DNA from: an uncultured Planctomycetales bacterium
GTDB taxonomy: Bacteria; Omnitrophota; Gorgyraeia; Zapsychrales; Aceulaceae
Direction: 5' to 3'
Length of the DNA: 64,000 nucleotides
Assembly (NCBI GenBank): GCA_964648665.1
Contig: CAZYOA010000007.1
Location: 4,943 to 68,942 of the forward strand
Part shown: piece by piece, positions 36,565 to 45,292 of the stretch
How positions within the stretch are numbered: position 1 is the stretch's first letter
How the letters are laid out: every line of letters begins with the position of its first letter
Made by a program: the position numbers and the translations under genes
The notes under the pieces: model-generated
Database searches by the model: none
What the model saw: the letters and a program-made list of their open reading frames with translations, nothing else
Told to the model about the DNA's origin: nothing

Positions 36565-37101
36565 ATGAGAAATAAAAAGTTAATGTTTTTAGCGGTTGTT
36601 GTTATGATTTTTGCTTGGACTAGCATTGCTCAGGCAAGAGGACATGATCGCGGGTATGGAGATGGTCCAAACATAGAGGGGCGGGGACCAGGCGAGGAAG
36701 AGATTCAGAAGATGCACAAAGGACTTGATATCACAGAGGAACAAGCTGTGCAGCTTAAAGCGAATCGGGAACAACAGAAAGGAAGGATGAAAAACCTTAA
36801 AGAGCGGGTAAAGGAAAAACGTCAAGCTCTTAAAGAGGTGCTAGAAAAAGAAGGCGTAACGGAAGTTTCTGTTGAAGCGTCAGCAACAGCTTTAAAAGAT
36901 GTGCAGGCTAGCTTGGTTGATGAGAAAATAAGAAGTGTTTTGTCGGTAAAATCGATTTTAACACCAGAGCAATATGAGAAGTTTAACGAAAAGATGGGAA
37001 AAAGGCGTCCGCGTAAAGAAAAAGAGGAAAAAAAGCAAGGGCGAAGATCTGATCGTGAGGATGAGGGCGAGGATCGAGGGCCCCATCGAGATCATTGGTA
37101 A
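36565..37101 (+). CDS. periplasmic Spy/CpxP-family (LTXXQ) protein
   Basis: Signal peptide (LMFLAVVVMIFAWTSIAQA), LTXXQ-type motifs (DITEEQ, LTPEQYEKF), a helical charged body, and SD AAAGGAGG before ATG 36565. Confidence 0.65.
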   Translation: MRNKKLMFLAVVVMIFAWTSIAQARGHDRGYGDGPNIEGRGPGEEEIQKMHKGLDITEEQAVQLKANREQQKGRMKNLKERVKEKRQALKEVLEKEGVTEVSVEASATALKDVQASLVDEKIRSVLSVKSILTPEQYEKFNEKMGKRRPRKEKEEKKQGRRSDREDEGEDRGPHRDHW

Positions 37102-37124
37102 GCTTTTGTAGTGGTTGGAAAGAG

Positions 37125-37158
37125 AAAGAGCTCTGTTTATTAAAACAAAGCTCTTTTT
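37125..37158. terminator. bidirectional hairpin terminator between convergent genes
   Basis: 14-bp stem AAAGAGCTCTGTTT / AAACAAAGCTCTTT (1 mismatch) with loop ATTA, an A-run on the left and a T-run on the right. Confidence 0.6.
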
Positions 37159-37168
37159 AGTTTGGTAT

Positions 37169-37636
37169 TTATTTAAAGCTTTTAAGCAAATCCCACGTTT
37201 TTTGACCAATAACGCTATCCATCATAAGCCCGTAATCTTTTTGAAAATGTCCAATCGCATTAATTGTATTTGGACCAATTCTTCCATCAAGAGTGCCATC
37301 ATAATACCCAGCATTTTTAAGCGCTGTCTGGACTTGCACAGGTGTGGCATTGACACGAATGATGCCTAATCCATCTTTCGCTTCCATGGCTTCTTTTGAA
37401 GGTTTTTCAGGTTCTGTTAGCTTGGAAAGCTGAACGTTTTTTTGCTCAACTTTCTTTGAAAGATTATTGATTTTAGTATAAAGGCGAGAAATTTCTCGGT
37501 CTTTCTTGTTAACTTCATTTTCTAGAATATGAATTCGATTACTTAGTTCGCCAGTTTGTGCTTTGTATCCTGTTGTTGTTTGACAGCCACTAAATATTAA
37601 TCCAGTTAAAATGAGTACAAAGAATTTCTTATACAT
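37169..37636 (-). CDS. lipoprotein with coiled coil and peptidoglycan-binding (PG_binding_1) domain
   Basis: Lipobox LIFSGC. C-terminal ..ALKNAGYYDGTLDGRIGPNTINAIGHFQKDYGL..GQKTW. Confidence 0.7.
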   Translation of the reverse strand: MYKKFFVLILTGLIFSGCQTTTGYKAQTGELSNRIHILENEVNKKDREISRLYTKINNLSKKVEQKNVQLSKLTEPEKPSKEAMEAKDGLGIIRVNATPVQVQTALKNAGYYDGTLDGRIGPNTINAIGHFQKDYGLMMDSVIGQKTWDLLKSFK

Positions 37637-37734
37637 GACAATCTCCTTAAATATATAGTTAATAACTAACTGATTGTAGTTGATGACTAGCTTTATTTCA
37701 AGCGACTTTTAAATTTTCGAGAATTAGAAAAAAG

Positions 37735-37763
37735 TTGACAGCAGAAGTGTTTAATCGTACTAT
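37735..37763 (+). promoter_or_regulatory. sigma70-type promoter of the Cys-rich peptide/permease/arsC unit
   Basis: TTGACA (37735-37740), 17-nt spacer, TACTAT (37758-37763). The track ORF start (TTG 37735) is actually the -35 box. Confidence 0.5.
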
Positions 37764-37800
37764 CAATAAAAATAAGTTTATCTATTTTAAGGAGGAAATT

Positions 37801-37950
37801 ATGGGATGTTGTGATCCGAAAAAGGAAAATTTTATAGTAAAATGGTTTAAAGATTTATTTGATAAAGTTGATCAAAAGTTAGAAAAAGAAAGCCAAGAAA
37901 AATCTTGTTGTTGCGATAAGGATGAGGATGATCAGAAATGTTGCAGTTAG
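37801..37950 (+). CDS. 49-aa cysteine-cluster protein
   Basis: SD GGAGGA is 5 nt before ATG 37801. Sequence MGCCDPKKENFIVKWFKDLFDKVDQKLEKESQEKSCCCDKDEDDQKCCS has 7 Cys, all in vicinal runs. It overlaps the permease start by 13 nt. Confidence 0.5.
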   Translation: MGCCDPKKENFIVKWFKDLFDKVDQKLEKESQEKSCCCDKDEDDQKCCS

Positions 37951-38903
37951 CAGTTGATTGGCTTACTTATTCGTTGATAAATCTTGATCCTGCATCGCAT
38001 TGGGCAAAAGCGTTGAATTTCTTTATTTATGATACTGTTAAAATTATGCTTTTGTTATTTTTTGTTATTGCGATCTTAGGATTCTTTCGTAGTTTTATCG
38101 ATGAGAACCGAATTAAAGCATGGCTTGTTGGCAAAAAGATTTTTGCTAACTTCTTTGCAGCAAGCTTCGGCGCGCTAACACCTTTTTGTTCGTGCTCTTC
38201 AATTCCCATCTTTTTAAGTTTTGTTAAGCTTGGAGTTCCTTTGGGGGTGATGTTTTCTTTTTTAATTACATCTCCCTTGATTAATGAATATTTAGTTGTT
38301 TTGATGTTGGGATTTTTTGGTTGGAAAATTACAGCGATGTATATTGCCAGCGGAATGTTTGTTGGTATTTTTGTTGGTTTAATTCTTGGCAAAATGAATT
38401 TAGAGAGATATTTGGTTAAAGATCTGATTGATAATGAAAATAAATCTTCAAATGCTGTGGAGTTTCGTTCATTAAAGCAAAGAGTTTTATTTGGTGTTAA
38501 TGAAGCTAAGTCTATTTTAAAGAAATTATGGATTTGGATTATTGTTGGTGTTGGTGTTGGCGCTATCATCCATAATTATATCCCAAAAGAAATGATTGAT
38601 TCCGTGTTGAATAAGACAGGAATATTTTCTGTTCCTATAGCTACGCTTTTAGGTGTTCCGATGTATGGAAGTTGTGCAGCGATTGTGCCGATTGCTGTTG
38701 CGCTTTTTAGAAAAGGCGTTCCTCTAGGAACAGCGCTTGCGTTTATGATGGCAACAAGTGCTTTAAGTCTTCCTGAAGCTGTTATTTTAAGACGAGCTAT
38801 GCGCCTTCAACTTATTGCAATATTTTTTGGAATTACAACGCTGGGGATTATTTTTACTGGTTATCTATTTAATTTCTTGCAAAACCTTTTAATCAACTCC
38901 TAA
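37938..38903 (+). CDS. DUF318/YraQ/ArsP-type permease
   Basis: About 8 TM helices and the family-typical TPFCSCSSIP motif. Confidence 0.7.
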   Translation: MLQLAVDWLTYSLINLDPASHWAKALNFFIYDTVKIMLLLFFVIAILGFFRSFIDENRIKAWLVGKKIFANFFAASFGALTPFCSCSSIPIFLSFVKLGVPLGVMFSFLITSPLINEYLVVLMLGFFGWKITAMYIASGMFVGIFVGLILGKMNLERYLVKDLIDNENKSSNAVEFRSLKQRVLFGVNEAKSILKKLWIWIIVGVGVGAIIHNYIPKEMIDSVLNKTGIFSVPIATLLGVPMYGSCAAIVPIAVALFRKGVPLGTALAFMMATSALSLPEAVILRRAMRLQLIAIFFGITTLGIIFTGYLFNFLQNLLINS

Positions 38904-38909
38904 TGTTTA

Positions 38910-39326
38910 ATGAAAGAAAAAGTTTTATTTGTTTGTATTCATAATTCTGCAAGAAGTCAAATGGCCGAAGAAATTTTAAGGCAAATGGCACATGATCGCT
39001 TTGAAGTTGAAAGCGCAGGCATCGAGCCTGGTGAAATTAATCCGTTGGTTGTGCAAGTTCTAAAAGAGTTCTGCATCGATATTTCAAATAAAAAAACACA
39101 ATTCGTATCCAGTCTTCTTGAAAATAAAAGAATATATAATTATGTGATTACAGTTTGTGATGAAGCGTCAGCTGAGAAATGTCCTGGTTTTCCATCAGAT
39201 GCTATTCGAATTCATTGGAGTTTTGAAGACCCGTCAAAATTGCAGGGATCGGATCAAGAAAAAATAAAGAAAATTCGTATGATTCACAATCAAATTTACG
39301 ATAGAATTAAAGAGTGGCTTGTTTAA
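38910..39326 (+). CDS. arsC: arsenate reductase, LMW-PTPase/thioredoxin-coupled type
   Basis: P-loop CIHNSARSQMAE (CX5R) plus the downstream Cys pair in VCDEASAEKCPGF. Confidence 0.8.
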   Translation: MKEKVLFVCIHNSARSQMAEEILRQMAHDRFEVESAGIEPGEINPLVVQVLKEFCIDISNKKTQFVSSLLENKRIYNYVITVCDEASAEKCPGFPSDAIRIHWSFEDPSKLQGSDQEKIKKIRMIHNQIYDRIKEWLV

Positions 39327-39361
39327 AGAATTGTAATTTTTATTTTGAATAAGGAGAAGGA

Positions 39362-41476
39362 ATGTCTATAAAAAAGTTTTCAACATTTGAAGGTGTTTTT
39401 ATTCCAAGCCTTTTAAGTATTTTTGGCGTTATTATGTATTTGCGCTTAGGTTGGGTTGTTGGAGAGGTTGGGCTTATTGGTGCAATTTTAATTATTATTT
39501 TAAGTAATGTTATTAGTCTTACAACAGGACTATCTATTTCTTCAATTGTTACAAATATTCGCATAGGGCATGGTGGGGCGTATTCGATTATTACAAAATC
39601 TCTTGGCATTGAAGCTGGGGGTGCAATTGGTTTACCACTGTATCTTGCTCAGGCAATTTCTGTAGCTTTTTATATTGTTGGTTTTACAGAATCTTGGATT
39701 TATGCATTTCCGCAACATGATTTTTTAATAGTATCGTTGATTGTTTGGCTTGTTGTCTTGTTTGTTTCCTATCTAAGTGCTCGATTTGCTTTTCGATTAC
39801 AATATGGTGTCTTAGTTATTATTGCGATATCTTTTTTTTCTATATTTTTAAGTACAACTACGCAAGGCAATCCCGAACCTTTATATTTTCCAAAGTTTTC
39901 AGGAGACTTTTTTAAGGCCTTTGCTGTTTTCTTTCCAGCCGTTACCGGGTTTATGGCGGGACTCTCAATGTCTGGAGAATTGGACGATGCAAAGAAAAGT
40001 ATTCCGCAAGGAACATTGTGGGCAATTTTCGTAAGCGTTGTTATTTATTTAGTATTAACGTTTTGGTTTTGGCAGCGCGCATCAAGTGGAGCTTTAATTT
40101 CTAATACTTCGCTGATTGTTGATTTAGGTCGTTGGCGAATTCCAATTCTTGCAGGAATTATGGGAGCAACGCTTTCTTCGGCTTTAAATATGTGCGTTAC
40201 AGCGCCGCGAACACTTTTTGCCTTAAGTCAGAAATTAGATATTTCTATTTTAAAACCTTTTATTTATCGTAATAATCAAGGTGAGCCGACAACAGCTATT
40301 CTTTTGACTTCTTTTATAGCCCTTATTACAATTTTAGTAGGAACGCTTAATCAAGTTGCTAGTCTTTTAACTATGTTTTTCTTGATTACGTATGGATTGA
40401 TTAATCTTTCTGTTTTTATTGAGCAGACGATTGGCATTGCTAGTTTTCGACCATCTTTTAAAGTGTCAAAGATGATTTCATTTAGCGGAGCTGTTGGATG
40501 TGTCATTGTGATGTTTTTGATCAACCCGCTGTTTAGTTTAATTTCTATTGGTGTTATTTTTGTTCTTTATATATGGTTGATGAGAAAAGAGACAAAAAAA
40601 TATTCACCAAATGTTAGAAGTGGACTTTTAATCTTTTTAGCGGAACAAATGGCAAAAGCAGCTGCGAAGTTGCCTTATTATCCTAAAATTTGGAAACCTA
40701 ATCTTGTTGTGTTTGTTGAAGATATAAAGAACTTCTTCTCAGCTGTTCCGTTGATTCATTCCATTGTTTATCCTAGCGGACGCTTGACAGCGTTTCAGGT
40801 TTCAAGCAAGGAAGATAAGCAAAAGGATTATGAAAAAGTTTGTGAAGTTTTAGAACCTTTTAAAAGCAATGGTATTTTGACTGAGGCGATTGTTGTTGAA
40901 AATCCTGATGTTTCTTCGAGTGCAGTAACAATTTTACAAACGGTTAAGAATACTCATTTTCCTCCAAACACATTTTTATATTTGCTTGGGGATGATGTGT
41001 CTAAAGATGAGCAAGCTTTTGAGATTATTAAGAGGGCATCTCTTGAAAATCTTGGAGTTATCGTTTTAAAACAAGATCCTGATGCTGACCTTGATCAAGA
41101 AAATCCAGCTGTTAATCTTTGGATTAGAAAAGGAAGTCCGAATATTGATCTTTCTATTTTGACAACATTACAATTGAAAAAAAGCTGGGATGGCTTTATC
41201 CGTATTCTTCAAATTATTGAATCAAATGAAGAGAGGGATAGCGCCGTGGCGTATTTATCTCGATTGGCAGAGTTGATGCGTCTTCCTCAAGATGTAGATA
41301 TACAGGTTTTAACTGGAAAGTTTCCGGAAATTTTAGAGCAGGCACCAGCTGCGCAAATAAATATTCTTGGAATGGCTGAGAATCCAGACCTTGCTTTAGT
41401 TCGCAAGGTCTCTGATGTCATAAAAACACCTGTTTTATTTCTGAGAGATTCTTCGCATGAAAGTGCCGTGGCATAA
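39362..41476 (+). CDS. cation-chloride cotransporter (SLC12)-like APC-superfamily permease with large cytoplasmic C-domain
   Basis: N-terminal FEGVFIPSLLSIFGVIMYLRLGWVVGEVGL closely parallels the SLC12 TM1 signature. About 12 TM helices followed by a ~270-aa soluble tail. Confidence 0.65.
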   Translation: MSIKKFSTFEGVFIPSLLSIFGVIMYLRLGWVVGEVGLIGAILIIILSNVISLTTGLSISSIVTNIRIGHGGAYSIITKSLGIEAGGAIGLPLYLAQAISVAFYIVGFTESWIYAFPQHDFLIVSLIVWLVVLFVSYLSARFAFRLQYGVLVIIAISFFSIFLSTTTQGNPEPLYFPKFSGDFFKAFAVFFPAVTGFMAGLSMSGELDDAKKSIPQGTLWAIFVSVVIYLVLTFWFWQRASSGALISNTSLIVDLGRWRIPILAGIMGATLSSALNMCVTAPRTLFALSQKLDISILKPFIYRNNQGEPTTAILLTSFIALITILVGTLNQVASLLTMFFLITYGLINLSVFIEQTIGIASFRPSFKVSKMISFSGAVGCVIVMFLINPLFSLISIGVIFVLYIWLMRKETKKYSPNVRSGLLIFLAEQMAKAAAKLPYYPKIWKPNLVVFVEDIKNFFSAVPLIHSIVYPSGRLTAFQVSSKEDKQKDYEKVCEVLEPFKSNGILTEAIVVENPDVSSSAVTILQTVKNTHFPPNTFLYLLGDDVSKDEQAFEIIKRASLENLGVIVLKQDPDADLDQENPAVNLWIRKGSPNIDLSILTTLQLKKSWDGFIRILQIIESNEERDSAVAYLSRLAELMRLPQDVDIQVLTGKFPEILEQAPAAQINILGMAENPDLALVRKVSDVIKTPVLFLRDSSHESAVA

Positions 41477-41549
41477 TAACTCTAGGTGATTTTAGAAATT
41501 TAAGTATAATAGATAAGAATTGTTAATCATATTTTAAAAAGGGGGATTC

Positions 41550-41822
41550 ATGAAGATTAAAGAGCTTGAAATTAATAAAAAACTTCGATTGTGGCAGATT
41601 ATTGTTTTAATACAGCTTGTTTTAGTAATTTTTTTAGGGCTATTGGGCTTTCAGCAGAATTCAACTTTAGCTGTTCAAAGAGCGCATATTAATGTTTTAG
41701 AAGAAGCTGTGCAAATTAGAGAGCAAAATTCTCTTGTTTTATCAAGAAGACTTGTTGCGGCGATGACGCTTTTGCAGTCTGCGGCACAGCAAATTACAGG
41801 CAACGGATCTGTTGTTGAGTAA
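41550..41822 (+). CDS. small single-TM hypothetical protein
   Basis: SD GGGGGA upstream and one TM helix (LWQIIVLIQLVLVIFLGLLGF). No motif recognised. Confidence 0.35.
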   Translation: MKIKELEINKKLRLWQIIVLIQLVLVIFLGLLGFQQNSTLAVQRAHINVLEEAVQIREQNSLVLSRRLVAAMTLLQSAAQQITGNGSVVE

Positions 41823-41923
41823 ATATTAAAAAGATTCAGGACCCCTTCTTTTTTTAGTTTTTTATGCTATATTTGAGTTAGAAGTAATTGTTCTTTTTTT
41901 GTAGTTGTTGTACTTTTCAGGTC

Positions 41924-41955
41924 CCGCCAGGGAATGCTTCCCTGGCGGTTTTTTT
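41924..41955 (+). terminator. strong rho-independent terminator
   Basis: Perfect 11-bp stem CCGCCAGGGAA / TTCCCTGGCGG with loop TGC, followed by T7. Confidence 0.85.
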
Positions 41956-42015
41956 ATAGAATAAAGTTATTCTTAACGTATAATAAGTGTATATTAACAA
42001 TAAATTGAGAAAAAT

Positions 42016-42705
42016 ATGATGCCCACATTTCACTTGATCATCCTTTTGATAGCTTTCGTTGTTGTTTCTGTTTGTGTTATTGTTTTTTTCTTTCCTTCGG
42101 AAGAGAAGAAGAGAAAGAAGAAGAAAAGAAAGAATGCTCCTGTAGAAATTTCTTCTGAAGAAAAGAAGTGGCAAGAAGCTGCTGTTAAGTTGCGAAAGCA
42201 TATTGAGAAACTTCATCAAGATATTGATGTCTTAAAGATGCAACAAAAAAAGACGAATGATCAGCTTAAAGAAAAGAATCAGGCCATGGTAAAGATTGAA
42301 GAAAAACTAAAAAGAGAAAAGAAGTGGTTTTCTGAGCAGGAAGCTTCTTTGGGGCAGCGAACAAAACAGATGCGTGAACTTAAGATGGATATCGCGAGGG
42401 CGCAGACAGAGCGAGAAAATGAGTATTCTTTGAGGCTAGGCTCTGAGCGGGAGCTTAGAGACTTGAAAAAAGACATGCAGTCGATTAACACTGAAAAGAA
42501 AAGTTTGCTTCTGAAAGTAACAGAATTAAGTTTTGAAAGTAAGCATCAAAAAGAAGAAATCCTTGAGATTAAGAAGACAAATAAAGAGCTTTCAAAGAAA
42601 AAGGATGAGAAGGAAAATCAGTGGGTTGCAAAATCTGAATTTGTAAAACTTGAAAAAGAATTAAAAGATAAAGAAAAAGAAATCCAAAAGCTTCAAGAAA
42701 TATAG
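42016..42705 (+). CDS. membrane-anchored coiled-coil protein
   Basis: N-terminal TM helix (LIILLIAFVVVSVCVIVFFF), a Lys-rich stretch, then ~190 aa of heptad-like K/E-rich sequence. Confidence 0.4.
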   Translation: MMPTFHLIILLIAFVVVSVCVIVFFFPSEEKKRKKKKRKNAPVEISSEEKKWQEAAVKLRKHIEKLHQDIDVLKMQQKKTNDQLKEKNQAMVKIEEKLKREKKWFSEQEASLGQRTKQMRELKMDIARAQTERENEYSLRLGSERELRDLKKDMQSINTEKKSLLLKVTELSFESKHQKEEILEIKKTNKELSKKKDEKENQWVAKSEFVKLEKELKDKEKEIQKLQEI

Positions 42706-42720
42706 TATTTTTAGGAATTT

Positions 42721-43902
42721 ATGTTTTCCAAACGAACTAGCTGGTCTTTAGAAAAAAATCCTCTAACACATCTTTATGAAGATTTAAAAAGTCAAGGTTG
42801 TGACATTTTAGATTTGACTGTGTCGAATCCAACAAAATGTCATATTGATTATCCAGAAGAAAAAATCTTAAACCCTCTCTTAAATAAAGAAAATATTTTA
42901 TATCAACCTGTATCGTCGGGATTGGTGTCTGCACGAGAATCTGTTTCGTCTATTTATGAAGAGGTTGGAATATCGATAGATCCTAGCTGTGTTATCTTAA
43001 CGTCGAGTACGAGCGAAGCGTATTCTTTTTTGTTTCGTCTTCTTTTGGATGAAGGAGACCATATTCTTTTGCCTAGGCCTAGCTATCCATTATTTGAATT
43101 CTTGGCGAATTTAAACGATGTGAATGCTGATTTTTATTCTTTAACATATGATCAAAATTGGAAAATTGATTTTAAAAAGCTAGAAGCTCTTATTGGAGAA
43201 AAGACTCGGGCTATCGTTTTAGTGAATCCTAACAATCCAACGGGTTCTTTTGTTTCAGCTGAGGAGTTAGAAGAAATAAATAAAATCTGCAAGAAACATA
43301 ATATTAGTATTATTTGTGATGAAGTTTTTTTTGATTATGATTTTCAGTCAAGTGGTTGCGGGGGAGATAGCTTGGTGCATAATCAGGAAGTTTTAACTTT
43401 TGTTTTAGGAGGATTATCAAAAGCTTTGGGGCTTCCTCAGATGAAGCTGTCTTGGATTCTTACTTCTGGGCCTAATCAGCAAGTAGATGAAGCCTTAGGG
43501 CGATTGGAAATTATTTGTGATACGTATCTTTCTGTATCAACGCCTTCTCAGAATGCCTTAAGCGATTGGCTGTCTTTAAAGACTGATATGCAGAAAAGAA
43601 TTAAGAGTCGCCTGGAGAGCAATTTACTTACTTTTAATAAAATTTTGCATGAAAGAAAAGATTTGCTTGAGATGCGTAATCCTCAGGGTGGATGGTATGC
43701 AATTGCTAAAATTTTAAGAAATGTCGAGGAAGAAAAATTAGTTTACGATCTTCTTAAGGAAAAACATGTTTTTATTCATCCTGGCTATTTCTTTGATTTT
43801 GAGGATGAGCCGTATTTTGTCTTTAGTCTTTTAACCTCTCCGGAAATATTTTCTGAAGGCCTTCAAAGAATAATTTCTTATTTGGACGTTTTTTCTGAAT
43901 AA
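42721..43902 (+). CDS. class I/II PLP-dependent aminotransferase
   Basis: ..VNPNNPTGS.. and the PLP-lysine region GGLSKALGLPQMKLSW. Confidence 0.75.
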   Translation: MFSKRTSWSLEKNPLTHLYEDLKSQGCDILDLTVSNPTKCHIDYPEEKILNPLLNKENILYQPVSSGLVSARESVSSIYEEVGISIDPSCVILTSSTSEAYSFLFRLLLDEGDHILLPRPSYPLFEFLANLNDVNADFYSLTYDQNWKIDFKKLEALIGEKTRAIVLVNPNNPTGSFVSAEELEEINKICKKHNISIICDEVFFDYDFQSSGCGGDSLVHNQEVLTFVLGGLSKALGLPQMKLSWILTSGPNQQVDEALGRLEIICDTYLSVSTPSQNALSDWLSLKTDMQKRIKSRLESNLLTFNKILHERKDLLEMRNPQGGWYAIAKILRNVEEEKLVYDLLKEKHVFIHPGYFFDFEDEPYFVFSLLTSPEIFSEGLQRIISYLDVFSE

Positions 43903-43984
43903 TCTAAATTAACAAGCTTGCAAACTTTCTTGGATTTGATAATATAGTACTTATATATACATATATTTATTAATAGGGGGAGAA

Positions 43985-44461
43985 ATGGAACAAAGACCAT
44001 CGTGGGATGAATATTTTTTAAAATTGGCTATGTTGGCTTCTGAACGAGCAACGTGCCCTAGAATGCATTGTGGATGTGTTCTTGTTAGAGATAAGAATGT
44101 TATTGCGACTGGATATAATGGTTCTATTCCCGGAGATGATCATTGTGAGGATGTTGGTTGCTGGGTTGTCGATAATCATTGTATTCGAACGAATCATGCA
44201 GAAATGAATGCTCTTATGCAAGCAGCAAAAAGGGGCCATCCGGTTATTGGCGCAATTGCTTATGTGACAAATATGCCGTGTACAACTTGTGCGAAGGCGT
44301 TGATCGCTGCGGGCATTAATCGAGTGGTTGTATTCTCAGATTTTCATGATACTTTGGCGGTTCAATTCTTCAAGAAGGCAAATATTGCTATTGATAAAGT
44401 TGCCAAGCCGTCTTGCCAAATAAACTATGATTTGGATAGTTATTCATCGGCAAGAAAATAA
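43985..44461 (+). CDS. dCMP/cytidine deaminase-family zinc enzyme (ComEB-like)
   Basis: HAEMNAL and PCTTCAKAL zinc-ligand motifs. Confidence 0.8.
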   Translation: MEQRPSWDEYFLKLAMLASERATCPRMHCGCVLVRDKNVIATGYNGSIPGDDHCEDVGCWVVDNHCIRTNHAEMNALMQAAKRGHPVIGAIAYVTNMPCTTCAKALIAAGINRVVVFSDFHDTLAVQFFKKANIAIDKVAKPSCQINYDLDSYSSARK

Positions 44462-44485
44462 TTTTATAAAAATGGATAAAGCCTA

Positions 44486-45292
44486 ATGAAGCGTTTTATT
44501 TTTCTTCTTCTTTTCTTGTTGATTATTTTCTTTCTTATTCGTTATGTCGAGAACAAGAGTCTTTTCTTTCCTGATAAAGATTTGAGCATGTATGCCAATG
44601 ATTTTTCGCCAGATTGCCAAGATATTTATTTTAAAACAGATGATGGAGTTGTTTTAAATGGATGGTTTTTTAAAAATAGGAGAGCTTTGAAGACGATGTT
44701 ATTCCTTCATGGAAATGCAGGGAATGTTAGTCATCGGCTAGATAAGCTTTTGATGTTTCATGATATGGGATTTAATATTTTTATTGTTGATTACAGGGGT
44801 TATGGGCGAAGTGAAGGCGCTGCCAGCGAGCAGGGGCTCTACAGGGATGCAAGAGCGGCTTATGATTATCTTAAAAGTCGAAATGATGTTGATATGGACA
44901 AAGTTGTTGGGTATGGAGAATCTTTAGGTGGAGCCATTATTATTGATCTTGCTCAAGATAGAAAATTCTCAGCCTTGATTGTAGATTCAACTTTTTCTCG
45001 AATATCAGATATGGCTAAACTTGTTTATCCATATCTTCCTAGTTTTTTATTGTTTTCAAAAATGGATTCGTTAAGCAAGGTTGGCGATATGGATTTTCCA
45101 AAATTATTTATTCATAGCAGACAAGATGATATTGTTCCTTTTGAGCTTGGTCAAAATCTTTTTGAAAAAGCTTCTGAGCCTAAAGAATTTCTTGAGATTA
45201 AAGGCGACCATAACGAAGGGTTTCTGAAATCTAGAGGTGTATATACAAAAGGAATTAAAAGTTTTTTAAAAAAACAAGGTCTTGATTCTTGA
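44486..45292 (+). CDS. alpha/beta hydrolase with N-terminal anchor
   Basis: HGNAGN oxyanion region, nucleophile elbow GESLGG, and late D and H (..RQDDIVPF.., GDHNEG). Confidence 0.7.
   Translation: MKRFIFLLLFLLIIFFLIRYVENKSLFFPDKDLSMYANDFSPDCQDIYFKTDDGVVLNGWFFKNRRALKTMLFLHGNAGNVSHRLDKLLMFHDMGFNIFIVDYRGYGRSEGAASEQGLYRDARAAYDYLKSRNDVDMDKVVGYGESLGGAIIIDLAQDRKFSALIVDSTFSRISDMAKLVYPYLPSFLLFSKMDSLSKVGDMDFPKLFIHSRQDDIVPFELGQNLFEKASEPKEFLEIKGDHNEGFLKSRGVYTKGIKSFLKKQGLDS

Noticed and set aside
36958-37369. Track ORFs 36958..37209 (-) and 37115..37369 (+).
   Set aside because: They span the convergent terminator hairpin (37125-37158) and run antisense to the Spy-like and lipoprotein genes. They have no SD and no motifs.
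38027-38569. 180-aa minus-strand ORF from the track.
   Set aside because: It is fully antisense to the permease gene (37938..38903), which has clear TM helices and the FCSCS family motif. The antisense product is low-complexity (Ile/Lys/Pro-rich) and has no SD.
41826-41856. Possible weak hairpin AAAAAGA..TCTTTTT directly after the 41550..41822 gene, considered as a terminator.
   Set aside because: The stem is A/T-rich with a single G:C pair and a 12-nt loop, so it is thermodynamically negligible. The strong hairpin at 41924 is the credible terminator.
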